From Isurus oxyrinchus (lineage: Eukaryota): 64,000 nt of DNA. A model generated the notes under the pieces. That model saw only the letters and a program-made list of their open reading frames with translations. It searched no databases and was not told the origin of the DNA. Below are positions 1-12,764 of this stretch, one piece after another. Both the position numbers and the translations under genes were made by a program. The DNA is taken from positions 8,990,001 through 9,054,000 of the forward strand of contig JANJGN010000023.1 of assembly GCA_026770705.1 (NCBI GenBank), given 5' to 3'. How positions within the stretch are numbered: position 1 is the stretch's first letter; every line of letters starts with the position of its first letter.

Positions 1-135
1 AGCATCTCATCTGAAAGAAAATGTGGTGTTCCTTCCATGAAACATTAATGACAATATCAACCAAGATTTTGTGCTCAATCCTGTGTGGCGAATGAACTGA
101 TGACCTTCCGATTCAGAAGCAGCAGTGTTATCAAA
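1..135 (-). mobile_element. tRNA-derived Deu-domain (SacSINE1-like) SINE, 5' fragment
   Basis: Reverse complement resembles the head of the fuller SINE copies at 11591 and 56905 (...tctgaatcggaaggtcatcagttc...ttgagcacaaaatcttgg...). Confidence 0.6.
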
Positions 136-224
136 CGTTAGTTTACCTCGAGGTTAATGGGAGCTGGAGAGTATTGCGTAATTGTCTAATGCACAAGAAT
201 GACGAAAGAACTGGGGCGGGCAAG

Positions 225-450
225 ATGAGCAGAATTTTTTTTACGCAGCGAATTATGATGATCTGGAATGCACATCCTGAAAGGGTGGTGAAAGCAAATT
301 CAATAGCAACTTTCAAAGGGGAACTGGATAAATACTTGAAAAGGGAAAAAGCATGGCTATAGAGAAAGAGCAGGGGGAGTGGGATGAATCAGATAGCTCT
401 TTCAAAGAGCCAGCATAAGTGCAGCGGGCTGAATGAATCATACAGCACAG
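225..450 (+). mobile_element. CR1 LINE 3' end fragment
   Basis: Translates to RIFFTQRIMMIWNAHPERVVKANSIATFKGELDKYL, the typical CR1 ORF2 C-terminus (FFxQRVVxxWNxLP...FKxELDxYL), followed by a CR1-type 3' UTR. Confidence 0.85.
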
Positions 451-778
451 GATAAGGCCAATGGTAAAGCTGAGGATGCAGATATATTGTGCTACCAATC
501 AGCGATTGATAGACGTAGAGTGTGATTTACAGGCAGCAAGATCCTTGGTTGCAAATTGTATTCTCTCCTTCAGGAGAGATGTTTGCAGTTTCAAAGTCCT
601 GTTCTCAACCAGTACATTTTCAATCTCCATACCATGAAATATTATTCATAGGGCATGCATAAACAGGAAGCACCTGTTGCCACAATAATTGGTCACATTT
701 TATAGTTAACATTTCTATTGTAAATTGCTATGTCAACAGTCTTCAATCAATTTTACTACCTTAACTTAGTTGCAGGAT

Positions 779-796
779 CTGACCACTAGATGGCTT
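779..796 (+). promoter_or_regulatory. CTCF-like motif
   Basis: tgaCCACTAGATGGCtt matches the CTCF core CCRSYAGRKGGC; motif match only. Confidence 0.35.
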
Positions 797-1534
797 TAAG
801 GGATGCCTCTCCGACGTCTCTCATTATCTTGTGTATGTTCAAATAAACCTTAATTGTATCAAACAACTGTAGGTAACACCACAGACAATCGACTAGAACC
901 TTACTTGAGCAAGAATAGTAGCAAGTTTAAAATAAGCTCACAAAGTCCAACCTGAGCAATTTTTAAAAGCTAACTTACCATTGCAGCTGCTACCAAGCAA
1001 GTCAAGCAATTCTCCCAAATGGTCTCACACCTCTCTCTTCTGAAGCCAGGTTAAACTACAGCGACATTGTTTTCCACATGTACTAATGTCTGCAGAACAT
1101 GCTTTACATATACTCATATAATACAGGTAAATGGTTCACATTTTTATATTTACTTAACAGACATTAACCACCATTCAGTAACCAAGGGTGTAAAACAGTC
1201 ACAATAAAAAAACTCTCATACAAACTTACCATTTTATCACAAATGCACACAAAGGTAAATTTCACCTGCATACGCCTTGCAAATACGAGTATTGAGAACA
1301 CATTCCCAATGACAGTATCTATTATTCCTTTTATTTATTAATCAGAAATGCTTCCAGCTATTTCCGGATTCCCATTTACTGTAGTTACGTATAATCAGAG
1401 TTAATGTGTATGATGGCACTTACTTAGGGAACACTTGTTCAAACTAGCAAAGGGTAAATTTAAGACTGATACCAGTTGTGCTTTATTGCACAACGAATGA
1501 TCAATTTGTGGAATGGACTTCCAGATAGAGTTGT

Positions 1535-2110
1535 AGATGACTCCAGACCTCTAAACTTCATTACCTCTAGATTCAAATATTCCAATGCAATCCTGGCTGA
1601 TCTCCCACATTCTACCGTCCATAAACTTGAGGTCATCCAAAACTCTGCTGCCCGTGTTTTAACTCGCAGCAAGTCCTGTTCCTCATCACCTCTGTGCTCG
1701 CTGACCTAATTGGTTTCTGGTCAGTCAACATCTTGATTTTAAAATTCTCATCCTTGTTTTCAAATCCCTCCATGGCCTCACCATCCCTCACCCCCCACCC
1801 CCACCCCCACTCCTGTTTCTATAATCTTCTCCGAGCCCTACAGCCTTCCAAGATATCTGTGCTTCTCAAATTCTGGCCTTATTCCCAATCATCATAACTT
1901 CACCATTGAAGTTAATTATAATTATAATAAGTTAATTATAGTTACCTAGGTGCAGAGTTCTGGAATTCCCTCCCTACACTCTCCACCTCTCTCTCTCAAT
2001 GTTCTCCTTTAAGATACTTCTAAACACCTACCTCTTTGACCAAGCTTTGAGTGATCTGACTTAATATCTCCTTACGTGGCTCAATGTCATACTTTGTTTT
2101 ATAAGGCTGC
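1535..2110 (+). mobile_element. L2 LINE 3' fragment
   Basis: Degenerate FITSRFKYSNAILADLP...KLEVIQNSAARVLT motif (L2 ORF2 C-terminus SRLDYCN.LL.GLP...LQ.IQN.AAR) plus an L2-type 3' UTR. Confidence 0.8.
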
Positions 2111-2168
2111 ATATGCTGCCAATGTCATGCATGCACAGTTGTATGCTGATAATAGACCAAGGTTAGCA

Positions 2169-2925
2169 GCCGCCATCTTTATAGGGGGCAATGTGCAGCA
2201 GGGTGCATGCGTGGCCGCCATCTTTATAGGGGGCAATGTGCAGCAGGGTGCATGCATGGCTGCAATCTTTATAGGGGGCAATGTGCAGCAGGGTGCATGT
2301 GTGATTGCCATCTTAATGAGTGGCAATATGCAGCAGGGTGCATGTGTGGCTGTCATCTTTATAAGGGGCAATATGCAGCAGGGTGCATGTGTGGCTGTCT
2401 TCTTTATAAGGGGCAATATGCAGCAGGGCACATGTGTGGCTGCCATCTTTATAGGGGGCAATGTGCAGCAGGGTGCATGTGTGGCTGCCATCTTTATAAG
2501 GGGCAATATGCAGCAGGGTGCATGTGTGACTGTCTTCTTTATAAGGGGCAATATGCAGCAGGGTGCATGTGTGGCTGCCATATTTATAGGGGGCAATATG
2601 CAGCAGGGTGCATGTGTGGCTGCCATATTTATAGGGGGCAATATGCAGCAGGGTGCATGTGTGGCTGTCTTCTTTATAAGGGGCAATATGCAGCAGGGTG
2701 CATGTGTGGCTGCCATCTTTATAGGGGGCAATGTGCAGCAGGGTGCATGTGTGGCTGCTATCTTTATAGGGGGCAATGTGCAGCAGGGTGCATGTGTGGC
2801 TGCTATCTTTATAAGGGGCAATGTGCAGCAGGGTGCATGTGTGGCTGCCATCTTTATAAGGGGCAATGTGCAGCAGGGTGCATGTGTGGCTGCCATCTTT
2901 ATAAGGGGCAGTGTGCAGCAGGGCT
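2169..2925. repeat. 45-bp minisatellite, about 17 copies
   Basis: Unit GCCATCTTTATA(G/A)GGGGCAAT(G/A)TGCAGCAGGGTGCATGTGTGGCT repeated head to tail; accounts for the 15-aa periodic ORFs 2076..2981, 2207..3055 and 2099..2941. Confidence 0.97.
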
Positions 2926-3789
2926 CATTTGCAGTCATCACTGTCCCTGCAGCAGGAGGAGAAAATGTTGTGAATTTCTAACCTGGGCTGAAAGTGATGG
3001 ATTTTGGAAACTCCTTTTACAGGGGATTAGAAGGAAAGGATTTGCAGATGGGTGAAGTGATATATTTTCTTTGTGGGATATTTTACTGCAGTCACATTGG
3101 CGAGGGTCTCTAAACTCTGTCTTACTATCCCAGTAAATGTAAGTGGATTGTAGGTTGCTGTGAGTGTTAGATTATATTGTCCCTCTTTATTCTTCCCCCT
3201 CCTGTCATGCTGAGTTCCAGGCTGCAGTCACCAGCATTGATGTCATTGGATTTCTGCACATGTGCGGACCACCGTGCAGATGGGTATCAGTGGCCATATT
3301 GCATAGGCAGGAGACACAGTGCATTAATAATGTGTTTGTCTCTGATACAATATCAGTAAAACCAGACTTTACAAGGTTTTCTGGAACTGATGCTTTTTCT
3401 GACCATCTGTGTCTCACGGCCCTAACTCACTCTGCCCTCTCTCTTTCTTTTCTCCCTTGTATTGTATAACAAGGTGGGATGCTACTGAAGGGCCAGAGCA
3501 ATATTTGTTAATGTTTTAACAAATATGAATAAAGATATTAATGCTTCCATATAACAGCTTTCTGGGTGCAGCGAAGGAACATCTAGACAAACCAGTACAT
3601 GTGTGCACACAGCCATATTACATTGATAGGAGACACAATGGGTTTTATAACACTCCTATGAAGCACCTTGGGACATTTCATTACTTTAAAAACCCTATTT
3701 AAGAAAGTTAAGTGGGTACATGAAATTTGAACCAGAGATCACTTGATCTGTAATCAAATACTCTAATACTGAGCTACACCAGCCCTCTC

Positions 3790-4520
3790 CTAGTCACATA
3801 GCCAAATACTGCAGCTGTTATGTCCAAGCTGAGTAAGAGACTGTGGAACAATCGCAACCTGACTAAGAACACCAAACGATGGGTCTATCCTGAGCACAGT
3901 CCTCTACAGTGGTGAGACCTGGGCAACATATGCTAGGCAGGAGAACAGGCTGAACAGTTGTCACCTTTGTTGTCTCAGACATATCCTCGAGATCTCTTGA
4001 CAGGACAAGGTCACCATCTCAGGGGTCCTGGAACATGCTGATTCCATTAGCATACACTCATTGCTAAGCTAACAGCTTCTGCACATCTGATCACATTTAT
4101 CAGGTGGATGATAGCCATATACCCAAAGACCTTCTATACAGTGAACTGACCACTGGGTCACAACCTCCTCGGTGTCCACACCTCAGCTGCAACATCTGCA
4201 AGCGAGAAATGAAGATGGTGGACATTGACACTGACAACTGGAAGACAGGTATTGTTGGTTGTGACCTCTGGAGGCTGAATATTTGGAAGGGCATTGGAAG
4301 AGGGGAGCAGAAGTGAAAAGCACAGTCAGCCAAGAAGGGAGACCAGATAAAACTGAAGCCATTGAGCTGCACACCTTCTCAGCCCACTGTCTTCCTCTGC
4401 AACAGATGTGGCAGAGGCTGCCATGCCTGGGTGGGGCTCCTGAGAAACACCAGGGGCCGATTAACACAGAGTTGACCATCATGATGCAAACCATCACCTT
4501 AAGAGAATAAAGGCTGCCAC
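3790..4520 (+). mobile_element. RTE-clade LINE 3' fragment (degenerate)
   Basis: Remnant peptides such as KLSKRLWNNRNLTKNTK, YSGETWATYARQENRLN and RVDDSHIPKDLLYSELTTG are typical of RTE/BovB ORF C-termini; frameshifted. Confidence 0.8.
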
Positions 4521-4865
4521 CAAATATAAATTGTGGTTGTAGATGTAAAACACCTGTTTAATGAAGGGGTTAGGATCTCTTGGGAGGGATAAACTAAAAT
4601 GGATAGAACGGTCTTCCACCCCATAATTGCCTTGAGATTTTGAGGAGAGGAAACAGTGCGAAGGGGAAGACAAAAACCAAGATATCAAGCTTTGACATAA
4701 AGGCCATTTTGAGAGACACCGCAATTAGCCCTGTAATATTCACCATCCTTTCCAGGAAGAAATCACTTGCCCTGAACATGACACTTCTTCAAATACGACG
4801 TTAGCTACAAACTGCTAACGATAATTATACCCTAATCTTAATGTGGGATTTAAGATTAGGGTAAT

Positions 4866-5340
4866 ATATGTTTATTAGATTGATACCTGGAATGAGCAGG
4901 TTGTCATATGAGGATAGGTCGGACAGACTGGGCTTATTTCCACTGGAGTTTAGAAGAGTGAGGGGTGACTTGATTGAAGTATACAAGATCCTGAACAGCC
5001 TTGTCAAGGTGGATGTGGAAAGGATGTTTCCTCTTGTAGGTGAGTCGAGAACCAGAGGGCACTGTTTTAAAATAAGGGGCCGCCCTTTTAGGACAGAGGT
5101 TAGGAGAATTTTTTTTTCTCAGAGAGTTGTGTGACTTTGGAACTCTCTGCCTCAGAAAGCATTGAATATTTTTAAGGCAGAGATAGATAGATTCTTGCTA
5201 GGTAAGGAAATCAAATGTTATTGGGGGTAGATGGGAATGTGGAATTTGAAACTCAAACATATCAAACATGAAATTATCGAATGGCAGAGCAGTCTTGAGA
5301 GGCCGAATAGCTTACTCCTGCTCCTATTTCGTATGTTCAT
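4866..5340 (+). mobile_element. CR1 LINE 3' end
   Basis: ORF 4868..5134 (RLIPGMSRLSYEDR..RLGLFPLEFRRVRGDLIEVYKIL...RTRGH..KI...FFSQRVV) is canonical CR1 ORF2, followed by the 3' UTR ending ...cctatttcgtatgttc. Confidence 0.93.
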
Positions 5341-5991
5341 AAATGTATCAGTGGAAAATGCAGTAAAAACTATGCAGAAGACTCTTTGACAGAATTCTTT
5401 TTCATTCGATAAAATCAAGGTGGAGAATTTCAAAATACAATAAAACTACACAAGAGTTTAAGCTCTTCATCTCAAGTCTCAGGAGTCCCACCAAAATCTT
5501 GCAAGACTTGTAAAATCTTTTAAAAGTCTGCACAGTCAGTGGTGGACTGGAACATCTGAAGTGGATTTGAGTCAATCTGCATCAAAGGATTAAGTTCTTT
5601 AAGGTTTATTTTGGCCTTATTAAAATATCAAGAATCTGAGGTCAATGTAAGCTCTCCTATGACCCTCAACTCCTGGTGGGCAGGGATCCTAGGTTCATGT
5701 GCAATTCAAATGTGGACTGTAGAATTCTACTGGCAATACACTGTTTTCAAACTTGACTATTCACCATTCAGCAGAAAGGACCAGTAATTGCTGCTGCCTA
5801 TTTTCATGAAATTACGTTTAACTTATGCTATGATTATTTGATAGCTTCCCACTACTGTCTCTAGTCCACTCAACTTCTGTTGCTGCCCTTGATCCTTTTA
5901 ACTGGTCTGGAGAAATTTAGCAGCTGCAGCAGTCAACAGCTGATGTACAGTAAACACACACGACAACTTTAATCCCCGTTGTAGGTCCCCA

Positions 5992-6115
5992 GTCTTGGCT
6001 CAGTGGTAGCACTCTGGCCTTTGAGTCAGAAGGCTATGGGTTCATAGATGAAATGTAGAGATATGAGCACATAATCCAGGTTCACACACTGGTGAATACT
6101 GAGGGAATGTTCAAT
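5992..6115 (+). mobile_element. Deu-domain SINE 5' part, interrupted by a LINE fragment
   Basis: tRNA-like head tggctcagtggtagcactct...gagtcagaaggctatgggttc...; the SINE body resumes at about 6800 (tgcattgttcgaggtggc...gatgagac). Confidence 0.75.
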
Positions 6116-6117
6116 TA

Positions 6118-6795
6118 ACTATCAATACCATCAACATCGTGGGGATTACCATTGACTAGAAGCTGAACTGGACCAGCCATATAAATACTCTGGCTACAAG
6201 AGCAGGACAGAGGCTGGGAATTCTGCAGAGAGTAACTCACCCCCTGGCTCCCCAGAGCCTGTCCACCATCTATAAGGCACAAGTCAGGAGTGTTATGGAA
6301 TACTGTTCACTTTCCTGGATGAGTTCAGCTCCAACAACACTCAAGAAACTTGACACCAGGCAGGACAAAGCAAGCCACTTGATTGGCACCCCATCCACCA
6401 CCTTCAACATTCACTCCCTCCACCACCAATGGACAGTAGCAGCAGTGTGTACCATCTACAAGATGCACTGCAGCAACTCACCAAGGTTCCTTCATCAGCA
6501 CCTTCCAAACCTGCAACCCCTACCACCTAGAAGGACAAGGGCAACAGATGCATGGGAACACTGGCACCTTCAAGCTCCCAACAAGCCATCCTGACATGGA
6601 ACTATATCACCATTCCTTCACTATCACTGGGCCAAAACCCTTGCACTCCTTCCCTAATAGCACTGTGAGTGCACCTACACCACATGGACTGCAGGGGTTC
6701 AAGAAGGTGGCTCACCACCACTTCCTCAGGGGCAATTAGGGATGGGTAACAAACGTTGGCCTAGCCAGTGATGCCCACATTCCATAAAATAATTT
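6118..6795 (+). mobile_element. CR1-group LINE 3' end (second family)
   Basis: Post-RT peptide ...LSTIYKAQVRSVMEYCSLSWMSSAPTTLKKLD..QDKA..LIG and the 3' UTR ggcaattagggatggg...gatgcccacattcc. Confidence 0.88.
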
Positions 6796-8299
6796 TTAAA
6801 ATTGCATTGTTCGAGGTGGCATTTTATTTGATGAGACAATATTGGGTTGGGTTGGGCTGGATAGGTATTTTGGTTGTAGATATTTTTCAGCCAGCACAGA
6901 CATGATGAGCTGAATGGTCTCCTTCTGTGCCATACATTTTCTATGTTCTTATGTTTAGTTCTAGGTCAGAACAAAGCCCCCAGATGGACTTACAAGATCC
7001 CACAGCACCATTTGAACACCTGCCAAAGGTCACGATACTTGTACTGCTCAATCTTCAGGGGAAGGAGCAAATTTGGAACAAATCAAAACTTACAAGAAAT
7101 TTACAAGCCTCAAGGAATTTGTGCCTGTACATGAGGTATTTAAAACTTCTGCTGCTGTCTCAAGTACCTCAAAATTTGAATGTCTGCTTAAAATATATTG
7201 TGGAAAATATTCACATTGTTTTGTGCAATAGGCACCTTGGCAGCTTTACACTACCTCATTTAAGAAACCTGTGTAAAAGCTTCAACAATGAGTCCTAAAA
7301 ATCAATTCAGCTCAAGTAATCCCTTGCCCAGCAACCACAGGATCACTTATTCTGCTAGTGTTCAAACAATAACAATCAGATTTCCCCCCCCCTATCTTAT
7401 TTTATCTTACTGATGGTAGATGCAGATCCATTCCTGTTTCCTGCAAGGTGACATTAGCAAATTCAGCCCTCATGGAAATTATTTGCAATCTACATGGTCA
7501 ACTGCAAGTAAGAAACCTCTTGATAACTCAATGGCTAATTTACTGGATTTCAGGTAGTGCTGTCTCACCTTAAGTCCTGTGAGTTCTCACTGTAGCTAAT
7601 GTCCCTTAAGTGTATGCTTGTTTTTTACATTCTTCCTAACAATGTGGGTAAGTTTATGAGTACAAACACAGCATGGCACAAAGAGTTAATGGAAAACTTG
7701 TTACCTATTACTGTGTTTACTGCACAGCATACTGACCCAAGCATAAAATCACTACAAGCCATGCTCAAAGTCAAGCTTATCTTTCCTTCTAATTTTCTTC
7801 TCCCTCCCCTCCTCCTTTTCAGAAGATGTTGACTTAGATTCCATCGCACCATTGGCCCCCCAGTACCACCAGCAGTTGGTGCATTTTGAAATGTGAGGCT
7901 AGACAGGCTATAATTTGTCCTTACCCAACCTCGTGGGATGTAGGAGATCATTTGGTCCTTCCTAGCTCTTTGACCCTGAAATATCACCACCAAATCATGC
8001 ATTTGGTGCTTAAATGATCACATGTTTATGCCTACGATCACAGTCCTAGAAGCTCACTGATCATTCACTGAGTGAAAAAATCCTTGCTATCAGTCCTAAA
8101 TCTGCCTTTTACCAGTTTGAACCCAATCCTACTGCCATAATTTAACTTTGAAATAGTGTTCCAGATTGACTTTTTTCTCTACAGCTTTCTGCTAATATAC
8201 TTGGGGGTATAGTTCAGTTTTAGAGTACTTAAAAAACAGATTAAAAAGCTTCTGGTTCAAATTCAAGTCCCCATCATTCTTTTATAGTGATCAATAAAT

Positions 8300-8435
8300 T
8301 TTCTGATAAGAGGAAATTAAGGGATACGGGAAGGGAGAGTTGAGATAAAAGATCAGCCATGATCTTATTGAATAATGGAGCAGGCTCGAACTGCCAAACA
8401 GCCTACTCCAGCTCCTATTTCTTATGTTCTAATGT
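8300..8435 (+). mobile_element. CR1 3' UTR fragment
   Basis: gatcagccatgatcttattgaa...gcctactccagctcctatttcttatgttct, homologous to the tail of the 4866-5340 copy. Confidence 0.75.
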
Positions 8436-8749
8436 CTCTATGAAGTCTTCTGTCTGTTACCTCCACTTAAGGCTGAAAAGTCTTAAGTTTTTCTGGTCTT
8501 AACTTATCCCTTTGATGCTAGGGGGTAGCCTTAGAGTCCTTATCTTTCTGTCTTCAAGATTTAAATATCTTCTTTATACCTCAGTGACCAGAAAAGGAGA
8601 TGTGCTTAAGCTATCATTGAACCAGATCATAGTATATGTTAAGCACAGCTTCTGTTGACTCTTTTCTTATTGTTCTGGTTATATAAGTCAGAATGTTATT
8701 TGCATTGTTGATTGATGGTCCATCACACTTGGACAAGATCACAAGCTGA

Positions 8750-9170
8750 CTAAAATAAAAGTAAAATATGTTGGAAGCCTGAAATAAAAATAGAAAATGC
8801 TGGAAATACCAGTTCTGGCTGCATCTGTGGAGTGAGAAACAGAATTAATGTTTCAGGTTAATGATCTTGCATCAGAACAGAAAGAAATTTTTAAACAAAT
8901 ACAGAGACAGGGAAATGATGGAAGGGAGAGGAAAGGAGGAAAGATAAAAAGAATATCTGTGATAGGCTAGAGAACAAAATGACAAAGGAGATGATGGCAA
9001 AAGGCAAAAGGAGATAGTAATGGTACAGGTAAAGGACAAAAAGACAATTTTAGAGGAGATGAAAATAGCAACAGCAGAAGTATTACCAGCACCTGCTGTC
9101 AAAAAAATAGGAACAGTAATTATAATCTGAAGTTATCAAAATCAATGTTGAGTCTGATATGTTGCAAAGG
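8750..9170 (-). mobile_element. Penelope-like pseudo-LTR fragment (old)
   Basis: gaaataaaaatagaaaatgctggaaata...gcatctgtggag...aacagaattaatgtttcagg...catcagaac, homologous to the copies at 13556 and 59567; degenerate hammerhead core on the minus strand. Confidence 0.65.
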
Positions 9171-9229
9171 CTGGAAGACTGTATCAATATCCTTATGCCT
9201 CTTTCAATTTGGCAGTAAGGTATTCCAAC

Positions 9230-10690
9230 ACCATTCATGACGGTTTCTTCCGATGTGTAATATTTTGCAGTTACCTGTATAAAATTTCATTTGCCATTTG
9301 CGCACCAACTTACATACTCTATCTAACCCATTTACTGGTCCTTGTTGCCACTTTCAGATATAATTCCTTCTTCCCAGTTTAGTATTAACTGCAAATTTGA
9401 TCTGTTTATGCTGAAATTTTGAATAATAGTTTGTAAGTTGGAAACTGTAGGGATGCCAAAACCTATGGGGCAACACACCACATCTTCCCAATTCAATATC
9501 AGTTAATTTATATTGTCACCAACCCACATTTTACTTCAATTTCCTACCACTATAAATTTAAATAGTAGCCATTCATGTGGAACTTGATTAAAATCCTTTT
9601 TGGAAGTGTAGCTCCGTAATAGTCCAAGACTTCACTTTCCCAAAGTTATCAATAATATTAGTCAGACAAGATCTCCTCTGAAGCTGTGTTGGTGATTAAA
9701 ATAGTTAGCATTTTTTATGGAGGCAATGCTTAAGTTTACTTTATTCTATCACTTTAACCAGTAATGAATCAAAATGACTTTCTCTAGTTGTCAAGATCTG
9801 CTCTGTCACATTTATTCAACATTTTACCAGTGTTCATTCACTCCTTTGTAAATCCCATCCCTTATCTCTCCTAGGGTAAATGGGGATTCATTTATTGTCA
9901 GCATTTTAACCTCACTGATGATCTGTAGCTCATTTTCCTGACTAATGCCAGTTATAGAACTGTTACTCATGCCTTCCCATATTATTATTTTGTAATCTTT
10001 TAATCTAGCAACTATTTCATTGTTATCCAGTTTCAACCCCCTTCAATAGCTTTTAGATTGTCACCTCTTCTCTGAATGTTCTCTTACTGCAAGGGTTTCT
10101 TATTAACGTGCTTAGCATCTCCAGCTATTCTCATTGACCAATTCCTCTTTGCATTTCTAGCCTCTCTTTTAATCTGTTCCTGAATGTTCTTATATGCATC
10201 CCAGTGCACCCTTCACCTTTCTCTCTTCAGGATTTGTAGATTTTTTTTAACCTTATTTTGCTTCTGGTAGTCTTGTTTATCCATTTAAGGTAATGTTTAT
10301 TCAGTCTGTTCTTGTTAATCCAAGGGTAACCTGACCTTCCATGCTCAGCTGTTTGCTTTTAAGGATATACTACTGGACTTCTATTTAAGCGTTACAAAAA
10401 ATCCCCCAAATGAGTTTCTATACATTTGTACTTCATTTCCCTGAATTTGGCCTTTTTAAAATTATATTCCAGGCTTAGTATTGATAAATCCCAGACCATT
10501 TGGCATTTGATTATTCTCTAGTTGGTAACAACCAGGGAACTATGACTTTTGTTTCCTATATATTACCTGGGTCATAAACCATTACAAAGTCAAGATGTGT
10601 GATGTTTCTTAAGGCTTCCCTGATACATTGGGTCATCAAGCTCTCAAACAACATGCTTGCTAACTTGATTTTCCCAGATTACATTAGGTT
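9230..10690 (-). mobile_element. Highly decayed CR1 LINE ORF2 region
   Basis: Scattered CR1-like blocks in reverse orientation (aatttcatttgcca; ttagtattaactgcaaatttg; aaatccttttggaagt; gattttcccag); no intact ORF. Confidence 0.5.
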
Positions 10691-11590
10691 GGTTGATTCT
10701 CCCCATTAAATTAGGAGCATAGGATAGGAGTACACCATACTTGAGATCATATTTTGTATTCAAATCACTGGGGTAGGTTTTAAACCCACAACCTTTCAGT
10801 TAAGAGTACTAACCACTAAGCCACTGCTTGAGCTTGTTCCACCATTCAGCTGATAATATAACTGTCCCATTTTCACATGCCAGTGTTACTTCATAGAATC
10901 CTTCTAATTCAGATCAGCTAGTCTGTAGCATCCTCTAATGTTAAACTTGCCCCTTTTGTGTTACATACTTTTCCATCTCTATTAGATTGCATGAACCTTC
11001 CTAGCATATGGACTACATCTCTTCCACTCCTGTATACACTGTTCTTTTTGAGCACCCAGTTCTTATACATTGTACCTATTATCACTGCCTGAGATTTCAG
11101 ATTCTGTAGCTTCCAACATTCACATGCATTTACGTTAGATTTACCACACCTTCAGCTCCCACTGGCTCTTGTATTTCACTGAGTTACATCCGTTTTGCAT
11201 CCATTCTTCAATGAATCTTATTTGGATCTAATTTTCTCTACCCTCCCCTCCAAACCTCCACCCCTTAAATTCAAATGATTCTCATTAGCTGTTTCATATT
11301 TTCCTCATAAATTTCATGCTCTGTCTGGATGCAATTCTTCTCTAGAGTAGCAGAGACGCATAAAAGTGGCACTTACTTAAATCCTCAATTTTCTTGGTGA
11401 ATTCTTGTCCTCTGCCAAGGACATGAAATATGCTAGAAATCATTGTCTTTCCTCTCACTGAGTTTTACGGCCAATTAAGTGCTTTTGAAGTGTAGCCTTT
11501 GTTGTAATGTAGGCAATGTGGCTGCCAGTTTGCTCATATAGGGTGATCCTCATGCACACATCCTTTAAAGCTCCTGCATAATTTCTCCCT

Positions 11591-12032
11591 TAGTTCGGTG
11601 GTAGCACTTTCAGCCCCCAGTCAGAAGATTATCTACTTAAATCCATCTCCAGAGACTTGAGCACATAATCTAGGCTGGCACTTCAGTGCAGCCCTGAGGG
11701 GGTGATGCACTGTCGGGGATGCTGTCTTTTGAATAAGACATTAAAGCGAGGCCCTGTCTGCCCTTTGAGTTGAATATAAAAGAATCCATGGCTCCATTTC
11801 AAAGAATAGCAGGGGAGATCACCCCAATGCTCAGGCCAATATTAATCCCTTAGCCAACTTCACTGGAACAGATTTTCTGGTCATTATTTTATTGCTGCTT
11901 GTGGGACCTTGCTGTGTGCAAATTGGTGGCCATGTTCAATGAAACAGTGAATACTCCAGAAGTACTTCATTGGCTGTAAAGTGATTTGAAATATCCTGAG
12001 GTAATGAAAAGCACTATATAAATTCAAGCTCC
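11591..12032 (+). mobile_element. Near full-length Deu-domain (SacSINE1-like) SINE
   Basis: tRNA-derived head, central body (cagtgcagccctgaggg...gaggccctgtctgccct...ggccaatattaatccct...gctgtgtgcaaattgg) and L2-type tail (...gcactatataaattcaag). Confidence 0.9.
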
Positions 12033-12764
12033 TAAATATCTGTATCACTTTTCTCTTCCACCTGTTCTGCATAAGTCCCTCATAAGAACTTGTTAATTGT
12101 GAAATTATTCTCAGTTGCATTAATTCGCTCAAATTAAAAGTCATTCGGATCCTTTTTTTCAAAAGGCGCAATTGTTTTGCATAATTTTCTTTCCAGTGAT
12201 CATTTTATCATATTTGCGTACACAGTAAACAGATAATTGTGGGGACTAGTTTAAAGGAGTTGCAAACCCAACAGACTAAATAAGCTTAATTAACATTCAC
12301 AGATGAAGCTGACACTTCTGAGGTTAATCTCTTCCCTACTGATGTCAGTTCAGCTTCCCTGCAATGTCAGACTTGGTAATAAGTTCAAAATAGTTCCCTT
12401 GATAATATTATCGGCATTTCCTGTTTAAGCAAAACATTAAATAGATAGATGGCAAAGAGCAGAAGAATGCTTAATAATTAATGGCAATTCCTTGTAACTG
12501 ACTTGTGAAAGAATATTGATGGTGACACCTGCTCTTTAAGCAAAAAATGCTCATATAATAAAAATGTTAATCATAATACATTGTAGGCATTAGATTTTTG
12601 GAGAGATTATTGAGGGCGACCTTTCAGATTTAGTTTAGCAAATCAGGCAAAATGCAGAGTAGCACAAAATTTCACTGCCTGGGTAAATAGATTATGTGTT
12701 GTGGTACTGAGCCATACAAATTCAATATCGCAGATTTAAATTAAGTTAGCCAGCATCAGTTGGC

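Noticed and set aside
498-632. Minus-strand coiled-coil-like peptide MEIENVLVENRTLKLQTSLLKERIQF
   Set aside because: Short, preceded by an in-frame stop, no in-frame acceptor and no recognisable family.
2169-2925. CRISPR array
   Set aside because: Contiguous tandem units without unique spacers, vertebrate context and no cas genes.
5992-6050. tRNA gene
   Set aside because: The A/B-box-like sequence is the head of a SINE; no complete cloverleaf.
6927-7298. 123-aa ORF or plus-strand exon 6965-7135
   Set aside because: No recognisable homology, it starts inside a CR1 tail and I found no partner exons.
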